From positions 4,590,001 through 4,654,000 of the forward strand of contig CM075993.1 in NCBI GenBank assembly GCA_038087875.1: a stretch of 64,000 bases of DNA, read 5' to 3'. Position numbers and translations under genes: made by a program. This stretch comes from Malacoraja senta. Lineage: Eukaryota. Shown piece by piece: positions 35,471 through 46,335 of the stretch. The notes beneath the pieces were generated by a model, which was given only the letters and a program-made list of their open reading frames with translations, made no database searches and was not told where the DNA came from. The stretch's first letter is position 1. Each line of letters begins with the position of its first letter.

Positions 35471-36319
35471 GAATGGCCTTATACTACTCCTATAACTTGT
35501 GAACTTGTGAACAAGACTTCTCTATTGTAAACCCCCAATTCCTCTGCAACAAAGGGCAATATGTCCTTTTCCTTATTTATTCCTATAGTCTCCACCAGCT
35601 TGCTAACTTTTTGTGATTCATGCACAATAACATCTCCATCCCTCCGCATTACGCGCATCTGCCATCTTTCCAATCCACCTCCAGATTCTCTTAGGGCTCC
35701 AGGGATTAAGGTTCTCAAAATGTAACATTAAAGATTTATATTACCTTAATGCATTAAATAAATTGTGCAGGATACGCAGACAGTGGGGAAGAATAATTTG
35801 GTTGAAACTAGTAAATATCCTTAAGAGGCACATCTGATTAGCCAAGATATATAACCAGACTAAAACATAGCAACAAGTTGAAAGAAAAGGTTTATTATAA
35901 TGCAAAGTGAAAATTGGGTTGAAATGCCAAAAACTACAGGTATACAGAGATTAAAAAATAAACTGCTGGGTTTATTCAGGAAGTCAGACAGCCTCTGAAA
36001 TAAACAGAGTTAACATTTCAAGTCAATAACCCCTTCTATCATGCTCACAGTTTCAGCTCTGAAGAATGTCCAGCATATTTTGTTTTAATTTCCTATTCCT
36101 AGTACCCGCAGTTTTACTTTTTGTGGGTAAAGTGTGGGTAATTTAACAGGAAAAATAAAGAGCAAACTATCCTAGTTCGCAGCTTGTATTTCTATCATAA
36201 AAGATAAACGGAAATGTGGGCCCTTTTCTTAATTTCACATTTGTTTGAGTTCAACAGTTGACAAATGTAAAAGAGGCAAAAATAATTTTAGTGTCCCATT
36301 TTAAAATTAATAAATTTTA

Positions 36320-36632
36320 GGCGGTCACGATGAGGCAGAGGTAGTGTCGCTGCCTTACAGCGAACGCAGCGCTGAAGACCCAGGTTCGATCCCGACTACG
36401 GGTGCTGTCTGTACGGAGTTTGTACATTCTCCCCGTGACCTGCGTGAGTTTCCTCCGAGATCTTCGGTTTCCTCCCACACTCCAGAGATGGACAGGTTTG
36501 TAGGTTAATTGGCTTGGTAAATGTACAAATTGTCTCTAGTGGGTGTAGGATGGTATTAATGTGCGGGGAATCGCTGGTTGGCGCGGACCCGGTGGGCCTG
36601 TTTCCACGCTGTACCTCTAAACCAAACTAAAA
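36320..36632 (+). mobile_element. HE1-type V-SINE
   Basis: Head, V-domain and tail present. Confidence 0.87.
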
Positions 36633-37609
36633 AAAGCATCTGCCTTCGCACATCGAAGACGCAATGCTGCACAGTGGAACCTTGAAACAATGGTAAAGGA
36701 ACAGCGAAAACGATACAAGTTGGGGAGAAATGACAAAGGAGGCAATGAAAGGTGCAGACAAATACCAGCATCAGATGTTCTCCGCAAAAGGGAACTAAAA
36801 TAGGTATATATCAATATGTAGATGTATCAGCCATGATATTCCAAAATTCCCCAGATGATGTTTTTTGCCTAAATGTTATTCCATTATGTAAAGCGCGATA
36901 GAGAAATTCTATAAGGTTATAAAGATGCCAGATTAGAATCAGCTATGGGGAAGTTTCCATTATCTGTCAGATAATGAACACTCGAACAGGTGCATTTTGA
37001 CCTATGAATAAGCAACGGGATATAAAGGGCCCTTTAAATAAATCATGAGCAGCAAGAATGTAGGTACAAGAAGGAATATTTACTTCAATATCAAAATTTA
37101 AAGTGAGGAATTGCAGCTTTAGTTATGCACGGCCAAACTCCATTTGTATTTGAACCCTGGTAAATATCTGAATAATTCGCAAATAAAAGATGTGTAAAAG
37201 ATATAATTGGGAGGGCAGGGAATTTAAAAATGGCTTTATTTTACTGAATTTAGAAGACTGAACAGAGATCTAATTGTGTGGCTAGATTATGGTAGTGGTG
37301 GGAAAGGCGGAAGTGGGTCAGATGGAGACAATGAGGTATAATTTGCTAACTGAAAGCAGTAGAAACAAGGAACTGAAGATGCTGGTTAACAAAAAGACAC
37401 AAAGTGCTGGAGTAACTCAGTGGGTCAGGCAGCATCCCAGGAGAACATGGATAGGTGAAGATTTGAGCCTCTTCCTGACTCAAAACATCACCCATCCATG
37501 TTCTCCAGGGAAGTTGCCTGATCCTCTGAATTACTCTAGCACTTTTTTTTAAAAACTTAAAACAACATCTTAGTCAGTTCCAAGCATCTAATGCCATAGA
37601 TATTGGCAT

Positions 37610-37850
37610 GTGTAAGAAAGAACTGCAGATGCTGGTTTAAATCGAAGGCAGACACAAAATGCTGGAGTAACGCAGCGGGTGAGGCAGCATCTCTGGATAG
37701 GAGGAATGGGAGACGTTTCGGGTCGAGACACTTCTTCAGACTGATGTCAGGGGAGGGGCGGGACAGCTATAGAATGTAGGTGGAGACAGTAAGACTAGTG
37801 GGAGAACTGGGAAGGGGATGGAGAAGGAGAGCGAAAGCAAGGGCTATCTG
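37610..37850 (-). mobile_element. Penelope pLTR fragment with 16-bp TSD
   Basis: agatattggcatgtgt / agatatgggcatgtgt flank the insertion. Confidence 0.78.
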
Positions 37851-39200
37851 AAGATATGGGCATGTGTTGTTTAAATGCCAAGGAAACAGGTCACCTTTTC
37901 ATCGTGAAGGCTTGTTCCTCAACAAGTAGCCTGCTATTGCATGAGTGACCTGCACTGCCCATGGGCCAAGTATGAACAGAACCGTTCCAGGACATGGTGC
38001 CAAACTTAGTTAAGTCTTTTTGTTCTGCTTGCAGAAGAATCAAAATCAACTTACAAATAAGATGTTAAGAAGTCCTATTAAAAGTTCAGAAGGATCTGCT
38101 CATCTACTCTGCATAAAGTTTGAAATCTAGATTGGTCCAAATTGGGAGGTCTGGAACTGGATCTGGAAGGTGCAGGTAAGTGTTGAGGAAACACATGTGG
38201 CAGTGGGAGCGAGTCCGGGTCAGAATATGGTTGTAGAGCAGGAGAGCAGTGAGAGGGGGTCTCACAGATCTCTCTTCGAGAGAGGAGAGCTTTTTCAAAG
38301 TGGGCATACCTTGAGCAGATTTCGCAGTGTAGCAGTCTAAATGTAGAAACAAGGAACTACAGATGCTGGTTTATAGACAATAGGTGCAGGAGTAGGCCAT
38401 TCGGCCCTTCGAGCCAGCACCGCCATTCAATGTGATCATGGCTGATGACGGTTTACAAAAGTAAAGTGCTGGAATAACTCAGTGGGTCATGTAGGATTCC
38501 CAAGTGTAGGATTATTAGTCTGAAGAAGGGTCCTGACTTAACGCTACCTATTCATGTTCTTCAGTGATGACGCTTGGCCCGCTGAGATAGTTCAGACTTT
38601 GTCTCTTTTCTTGTAAAGAATCTGTAGTTCCTTGTTTCTACCAATATTCTGGGGCTAGGGGACCGTTTTCAAACAATCAGAATTGTCTGGAGACAAAAAT
38701 TCCAATTTTTGTCCATGGGTCAGGGACATAGTGAAAGGCTGCACTGTGCTACCTCCAAGTTCAAAGTTTGCCCACACTTCGCTTTCAGGCTCACACTAAA
38801 GGAATGACATTTAGAATTGCGGATGGAGCCTCCAGAACTGTTTTAGAACAAGAAACAGATGAAATGAAAATTGGGTAAGAAAGCAAAGAGCAAAACAGAA
38901 AATCAAATTAGATAATTGAAGGAGTAGATTTAGATGATGCCAAAACATTTAGAACACATGAAATAATTCAAATGGTTGTGGCCACAAACAGATCACAGGG
39001 AGAAAAAAAATGGAAATATCTATGTATCTTAACGTTGCCTATTTCCTTCGCTCCATATATGCTGCCGCACCCGCTGAGTTTCTCCAGCACTTTGGTCTAC
39101 CTTCGATTTTCCAGCATCTGCAGTTCCTTCTTGAACAGTCTAAATCTTCACAAAGCAGTTAACTTACAGATGAAATTGAAAATCTATTTACCAGACTTAA

Positions 39201-39875
39201 AGGGCCTGTCCCACTTACGTGTCCTTGGCACGCAAATTACGCGACCTCGTGGTCGCGTTGAGCCGCGATGGTCCCGCGAAGGTCGGGCGCGATTACATGC
39301 GTACGCACAGCCGTCTGGAGCACGTGACGTCATTTGAAGATGGACACAAAGCAGGAGTAACTCAGCGGGACCGGCAGCATTTCTGGAGAGAAGGAATGGG
39401 TGACGTTTTGTGTCGAGACTCTTCTTCAGTCTGAAACGTCACCCATTGCTTCTCTCCAGAGATGCTGCCGGTCCTGCTGAGTTACTCCTGCATTTTGTGT
39501 CTATCTTCAATTTTCTTGGCCCCGCTCTGGGAGTAGAAGTGGGGGCGGATCCGGACTGCAACGGCCGTGAGCCCCAAGCCGAGTTCGGCGATTGTATGCC
39601 TGCTTCTGCTGCTGTTGAAGGTGAGACGTTGCGTCGTGCCAGGGTCTTGGGCCTGTCCCACTTTGGCCGTCAGTTCCGCGACAGGCCGTTGGCGCGCGAA
39701 GATTTCGTTCACTACAAAAATTCCGGAGCCCCGCGCGTTGTCACGCACAACTACATACCCCCCCGCGCTTCTAAGTGGGACCGGCCCCGCGCGGTCATAC
39801 GAGGCCCGTACGCCTCAACGTGACCACGAGGTCGTGTAATTTGCGTGCCAAGGACACGTAAGTGGGACAGGCCCT
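39201..39875. mobile_element. Composite PIF/Harbinger-like MITE (contains a Penelope palindrome and an inner TIR pair)
   Basis: About 62-bp TIRs starting agggcctgtcccactt, TAA TSD; palindrome at 39334-39510; inner gggcctgtcccactt (39649) … aagtgggaccggccc (about 39787). Confidence 0.88.
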
Positions 39876-40582
39876 TAACTTGCTCCCTCAAACAGTGTGA
39901 ACAGTGAAGATTACTTCTACTGGTTGATGATTTGGTAGCAAAGGACATGAATTCAGAATATGTACTAACTATATAAAGGCTTAAAAGATGAAGGTTATTT
40001 TAAAATAGGTAGGTTACCGGTGTAGAGTGCTTTACTATGAATGCTTTAAAAGCCAATAGAGTTATGGCATTTTGGAGTCAATTAGAAAAAAAATATTAAG
40101 GACAAAGGAAAGTGACAAGGAAATGTGATTAGAGTCGATAGCTATAAAGTAGCCGAAGTAGTGTTGGAAGTGAAATTGGCTGAATAACTTCTTTTAACGC
40201 TGGAATTCTGTGACTGTCTGCATATGGATCTATGAATCAAGCTGCAGAGACTGTTTTAGTGTGAACTGTCTGATGGCAAAGTAATAGGAATGGATCAGCA
40301 GAGTGTTTTACAGTATTTGATTTTAGTTTTCACCGACTGATTTTGTCAGATTCCCATGCAGTGGGTCGCATCAAAATTATTCCACTGGATATATAGTCTG
40401 CCTGAAAAATCAGTTTGATTATTTCAGTGCAATTGCTAGCAGAAGGAGGTGCAGGCCACAAAAATGGTTCAACTGGCAATCTTGGTCTGGGAGGTCATGG
40501 GACTTTGGGAAATAGAAGATTACAGGTAGCCCTCCACTTTCACGGCACTTAAGCACATCTCAGCAGGGCACAATAAATTCAT

Positions 40583-40846
40583 GATGAGAAAAACATTTTT
40601 CACACAGAGAGTGGTGAATCTCTGGAACTCTCTGCCACAGAAGGTAGTTGAGGCCAGTTCATTGGCTATAGTTAAGAGGGAGTTAGATGTGGCCCTTGTG
40701 GCTAAAGGGATCAGGGGGTATGGAAAGAAGGCAGGTACAGGATACTGAGTTGGATGATCAGCCATGATCATATTGAATGGCGGTGCAGGCTCGAAGGGCC
40801 GAATGGCCTACTCCTGCACCTATTTTCTATGTTTCTATGTTTCTAT
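40583..40846 (+). mobile_element. CR1/HER1-type LINE 3' end
   Basis: FTQRVVNLWNSLPQKVVEASSL-type coding remnant and (tttctatg)n tail. Confidence 0.87.
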
Positions 40847-42013
40847 GTCCCTTGTTATCAATTCAGCGATGAGAACAAAAAACCTTTCATTATCTACATG
40901 GTTTGAGGGAGTTGGTGGTGTCAGTTATGTCTGGTATAATTAGCCTAAACCCAACTGCTTCATTTAAGCTGGGAGTATTATTACAGAAGTGGAATAATAG
41001 TGTTGATCATTTGAAATACAGAACCTATTGCCACCACTAACCTATGTTGGCTCTAAGTCAATGTCGGCATTAGATCAATTTGTAAATGATTTATCCAAGC
41101 ACTCGAATCTTTATAAGCCTCAGCCACGCAATTCACAACATAAAGTCATAAGTGATAGGAGCAGAATAAGGCCATTCGGCCCATCAAGTCTACTCTGCCA
41201 TTCAATCATTGCTGATCTCTCCTTCCCTCCTCACCCCATTCTCGTGCCTTCTCCCCATAACACCTGACACCCGTACTAATCAAGAATCTATCTACCTCTG
41301 CCTTACAAAATAACTATTAACTTGCCCTCCACAGCCTTCTGTAGCAAAGAATTCCACAGATTTACCACCCTCAAGAAATTCCTCCTCATCTCCTTCCTAA
41401 AGGAATGTCCTTTAATTCTGAGGCTATGACTTCTAGTCCTAGACTCACTGGTGGAAACAGCCTCTCCACATTCACTCTATCCAAGTCTTTCCCTATTCAG
41501 TAGTTTCAATGAGGTCCCCCCACCTCATTCTTCTGAACTCCAGCGAGTACAGGCCCGGTGCCATCAAACACTCATCATATGTTAACCCACTCATTCCTGG
41601 GATGCCAAATTTGACTGTCACCTCTCTCATGGATAATCTTCAGTAATATTTTCCTCCCTCTTTTCCCGCTACTGCATCTGTGCGTGTTTATTGCTCTTGC
41701 GAAGACCCAAGAGGCGATTTACTGTTGAAGGTGCCGCGTTTAACAGAAATGTTAATAGGAAGAGACTGACCGTGTCACCTAATCTCCGACAACGATGATC
41801 AAATTATTTTTCCCATCAGATTCAAATATTTGGATGGTTTTGAAGCTTGAAATCAATTAGATATTTTTCAAAATTAACAAAGTTGAATAAATGGAGGCGA
41901 GCTGCCAATGAAGGGCTCCCAGTTGCATAGTTTACACATACAGCTTTTAAGCAACTTAACAAGCACCCGTAAAAATACATCAGTGGCAGACAGCTGTAGG
42001 TACTGACTCCTAC

Positions 42014-42137
42014 CGTTAACTGATGCATCAGCAGTTCAATTAAGAAGGTGATCTTGTTACTGAACAGAACATAGTAGCAGTTGTCATAGCAGCCATTGCA
42101 GGCAAAGCAGTACGCATGAATCACATTGCACAGGGAT
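42014..42137 (-). CDS. SCAPER: SCAPER coding exon (SLCNVIHAYCFACNGCYDNCYYVLFSNKITFLIELLMHQLT)
   Basis: Acceptor tttccag|A, donor ACG|gtagga; 124 nt, phase 2->0; contains the SCAPER-like VLFSNKITFL..LL.HQLT motif. Confidence 0.94.
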
Positions 42138-42684
42138 CTGGAAAGTGACAAAAACAGAATTAGGTGAGGTCATGTTGGATGAAACATATTTAAATTTGTT
42201 GTCACCATCTTCATTCCACATTGCAATACTGCCATCTTATGAACTGAATGCATTTACTTTGATCACGATGAGATCAATTTTAAAATGATTTATCCTTGGA
42301 CAATCCACAACATAAGGTCCCACTGATATCAACTGTTCTCTGGTGCCATGTTCAAATTCCTGAAATGTGAAGTTAGGGAGTAGAATGGGTGCTGCCAAGA
42401 TATCGGGCTGTAGCAGCATCATATCAGACCGGATCTTATGCAATACCCAGAAATTCAACCATTCTTGAGGTTACTTGATAATGATCAAGAGTGTCGGCTC
42501 TGGCGAATCTTGCCCTCCTTCGACTAAACTTCCATTTGACTCCATCGCTGCTATTGCTAAGGTCTGCTAACGCAGTATAGGTAATCAATGAAATAAGTCA
42601 TCTCCTCTGAATGACTCACTTTGTTACATGCTTGCCAAGAAGCCTCAAAAGATCTCTATCCAAATGCAAACTAAAACATGTGTT

Positions 42685-43076
42685 ACATAGATACATAGAA
42701 AATAGGTGCAGGAGTAGGCCATTCGGCCCTTCGAGCCTGCACCGCCATTCAATATAATCATGGCTGATCATCCAACTCAGTATCCCGTACCTGCCTTCTC
42801 TCCATACCCCCTGATCCCTTTAGCCACAAGGGCCACATCTAACTCCCTCTTAAATATAGCCAATGAACTGGCCTCAACTACCCTCTGTGGCAGAGTGTTC
42901 CAGAGATTCACCACTCTCTGTGTGAAAACGTTTTTTCTCATCTCGGTCTTAAAGGATTTCCCCCTTATCCTTAAGCTGTGACCCCTTGTCCTGGACTTCC
43001 CCAACATCGGGAACAATCTTCCTGCATCTAACCTGTCCAACCCCATAAGAATTTTGTACGTTTCTATAAGATCCCA
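42685..43076 (-). mobile_element. CR1/HER1-type LINE 3' end (young; near-identical to 60238-60655)
   Basis: ORF 42777-43109 DLIETYKILMGLDRLDAGRLFPMLGKSRTRGHSLRIRG…. Confidence 0.9.
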
Positions 43077-43265
43077 TTCCATAGTCCTGCTAACAATTGT
43101 GAGAAGCATTTAAAATCCCCAAATTTTAATTCAGTCCATTAACCTTTCACTTACAAACTTTATAGATTCTGTGACATATCATAAGACAAAATAACAACAG
43201 TAAACCTTAGATTGTCAATTTATAAGAACATTTTTGAAGGTATAAATTAAAATGGATGCACAATT

Positions 43266-43586
43266 GGGCGGCACGGTGGCGCAGTGGTAGAGTTGCTGCC
43301 TTACAGCACATGCAGCGTCGGAGACCCAGGTTCGATCCCGACTACAGGCGCTGTACGGAGTTTGTATGCTCTCCCCGTGACCGCATGGGTTTTCTCCAAG
43401 ATCTTAGTTTTACTCCCACACTCCAATGATGTACAGGTTTGTACGTTAATTGACTTAGTATAAGCGTAAATTGTCCCTAATGTGTGTGTAGGATAGTGTT
43501 AATGTGCAGGGAACGCTGGTTGGTGTGGACTTGGTGGGCAGAAGGGCCTGTTTCCCCACTGTATCTCCAAACTAAACTAAACTAAA
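43266..43586 (+). mobile_element. HE1-type V-SINE, full length
   Basis: gggcggcacggtggcgcagtggtagag A-box head, ggttcgatccc B-box, V-domain, (taaac)n tail. Confidence 0.9.
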
Positions 43587-44292
43587 GAACTCTAATATGT
43601 AAAGTAGAGCTAATTCCTTTGTCAGCATTGGAACGACAACGGAAGGAACAAAAAAAAATAGCAGTTGTTTTTAAACAAAGTCTTTTTATGATCTCTAGTC
43701 ATCTCAGAGAACATAACAATCAATGGAGTACTTAAATACGGAAAGGCATCGCCAATGTGAACATGGCAAGATCTCAAAAAACAATGACAATGTAAAACCA
43801 AAAATGTTATTAAAAAAACTCAATAGTTCAGGCAGCATCTGCAAAGAGAGAAAAGAGAGAGCTGTTAATAATTTGGGTCAAATACTTCATTAGTTTGTTA
43901 TCTGTTCCTCACTCCGTAGAAACTGTCTGACCTGCTGAATATTTTCAGTTTTTATTTTCCCTTTTTTCTCCTGTGCATCTGCAAGATATACCTGGGAACT
44001 CTAACGTAAGTGTTCTACAATTTATTACATGTACTCTCCCTTGTTTCCAAACTTACAAGAGGACAGATGGGTGACATTTAATGTCTCAAATGAAAGACAA
44101 GATCACCAATAAGACTTCACTCCCTCAATGCTCGGCCATAGAGTCACACAGCACATAAACAGGCTATTTAGCCCAACTTGATCAAGATGCCTCATCTACA
44201 CTAGTTCCACCTGTCTGCGTTTGGCCCATATCCCTCTAAACTTTTCCTATCCATGTTGCTCAGCATTAGTCTGGATTATACCTGTATCTTTA

Positions 44293-44500
44293 AAGATAGA
44301 CACAAAATGCTGGAGTAATTTAGCGGGACAGGCAGCATCTCTGGAGAGATGGAATGGGTGACATGTCGACCCTAGACCCTTCTTCAGTCTGAGGGACACC
44401 CATTCCTTCTTTCCAGAGATGTTGCCTGTCCCACTGAGTTACTCCAGTAGTTTGTGTCTATCTTCGGTGTATAAGCAGCATCTGCAGTTCCTTCCTACAC
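44293..44500. mobile_element. Penelope-derived palindromic mini-element
   Basis: aagatagacacaaaatgctggagtaa… inverted as …ttactccagtagtttgtgtctatcttc, plus tail gcatctgcagttccttcctacac. Confidence 0.82.
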
Positions 44501-44659
44501 ATTGTCTTCAAAGCTCTGGAATAAGGCCTGAATTAAGATTTAACACATGATCACACAGTGGTTTCACTCTTCAGACTCAAGCAATTATGCCCATCCCAAA
44601 TTATTAATAAAATAATATTAGTTTCTCGGTGAAATCTTGATAATACTATCTTGACACAT

Positions 44660-45052
44660 TGGGCAAAATGCTCGAGCAATTCAGTAGGTTAGGCAGCATT
44701 TCTGGAGAATAGGAATAGGTGACGTTTCGGGTCAATATAGAAAGTAGGTGCAGGAGTAGGCCATTCGGCCCTTCGAACCAGCACCGTCATTCAATATGAT
44801 CATGGCTGATCATCCAGAATCAGTACCCTGTTCCTGCTTTTTCCCCATATCCCTTGATTCCGTTATCCCTAAGAGCTAAATCTAAATCTCTCTTGAATAC
44901 ATCCAGTGAATTGGCCTCACTAGTCTGAAGAAGGGTCTCGGCCCGAAATGTCATCTATTCATTTTCTCCAGAGATGCTACCTGATTTGCTGAGTTACTCC
45001 CACATTTTGTGTCTATCTTTGGTGTAAACCAGCATCTGATGTTCCTTCCTAC
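44660..45052. mobile_element. Penelope-derived palindrome with a CR1 3' fragment at its centre
   Basis: Left arm to gacgtttcgggtc (44733), CR1 minus fragment at about 44735-44920, right arm starting agtctgaagaagggtctcggcccgaaatgtc. Confidence 0.8.
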
Positions 45053-45426
45053 CCAACTTTTATCCTGCCAGGTGACCATAAAGTTGAGGAATAACCATTA
45101 TAGCCGCAAATATTTCTCCTCAATCACCAGCACCGTAAAGAGATTATCTGATAATTTATTCCTTTAGTTTTTTCTGATGTGCGTAAAATTGGTTGCTCCT
45201 CCACTGTCTCCCCCCTGCCCTCCGCCTTCCCCCTGTGTAATTAGAGAGATTCTCCATTCCAATAATGAGATTACTGAGAGGAGCTTTGGGACACTCCGTG
45301 TACTTGTGAAGCACAATATAAAAACAATTTCAGTAACATCTTTTACCAATGCATAATGATAACAGTGTGCAAAACACCTCCCCCTTTCATTTGTATTTAT
45401 GAACTCTCAAATTCTGAGGTTAAAGC

Positions 45427-46335
45427 TTAGTTTAGTTTATTATTGTCGCATGTAGCGAGGTACAGTGAAAAGCTTTTTTGGTACCTGCTGTCCAGTCAAC
45501 GAAAAGCCTATACATGATTACAATCAAGCCGACCATCGTGTACAGTTACAGGATCATTTAGTGCAAGACAAAGTCCGATTAAAAATAGTTCAAAGGTCTC
45601 AAATGAGGTAGATGAGAGGTGAGGACCACGATCTAGCTGGGAAGAGGATCGTTCAGTTGCATAACAGCCGGGAAGGAACTGCCCCTCAATCTGGAGGTTT
45701 CAAACTTCTGTACGTCTTGCTTGATGGGGGAGAGGGGAGGAGAGGGAGTGGCCGGGGTGAGACTGGTCCTTGTTTATGCTGGTGGCCTTGCCAAGGCAGC
45801 ATGAAGTGTGGATGGAGTCCATGGAAGGGACGTTGGTTTGTGTAATGTCCACATCTTATTGCAATTTCTTGTGGTCATGGATGGAGCCTTTCCCAAATCA
45901 TGCTGTGATGAAATACTTTCTTAGCGCATCCGTAGAAGTTGGTGACGGTTGTTGGGAATGAAGTAGAGGCATTGATGTGCTTCCTAATGAAGTAGAGACA
46001 TTGATGTGCTTTCTTGGCCATTGTTTCGCTGTAGCTGGTCCAGGACAAATTGCTGGTGGAATTTATTCCTAAGAACTTGAAGCTTTCGACCATCTCTACT
46101 TTGGAGCCATCAACATATAGTGGTGTGTGTAGTGCTTCGCTTCCTGAAAGTCAATCACAATCTCCTCTGTCTTGCTGACATTGAGAGAAAGGTTGTTGTT
46201 TTGACACCAGATATCAAATAATTACGAGATTCCCAATCTCCCTGCTGTACTTCATCTCGTAATTATTTGATATCTGGCTCACTATGGTGGTGTCGTCTGA
46301 GAACTTGTAAATTGAGTTGGATTGGTGTTTGCTGC
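45427..46335 (-). mobile_element. Degenerate Rex1/Babar LINE 3' portion
   Basis: VESFKFLGIN.TSNLSWT…KKAHQCLYF.RK remnant and the shared taccgaggtacagtgaaaagctttt-type tail. Confidence 0.78.

Noticed and set aside
43266..43345. tRNA-like sequences at SINE heads
   Set aside because: They continue into the V-SINE core and LINE-derived tail; these are SINE heads, not tRNA genes.
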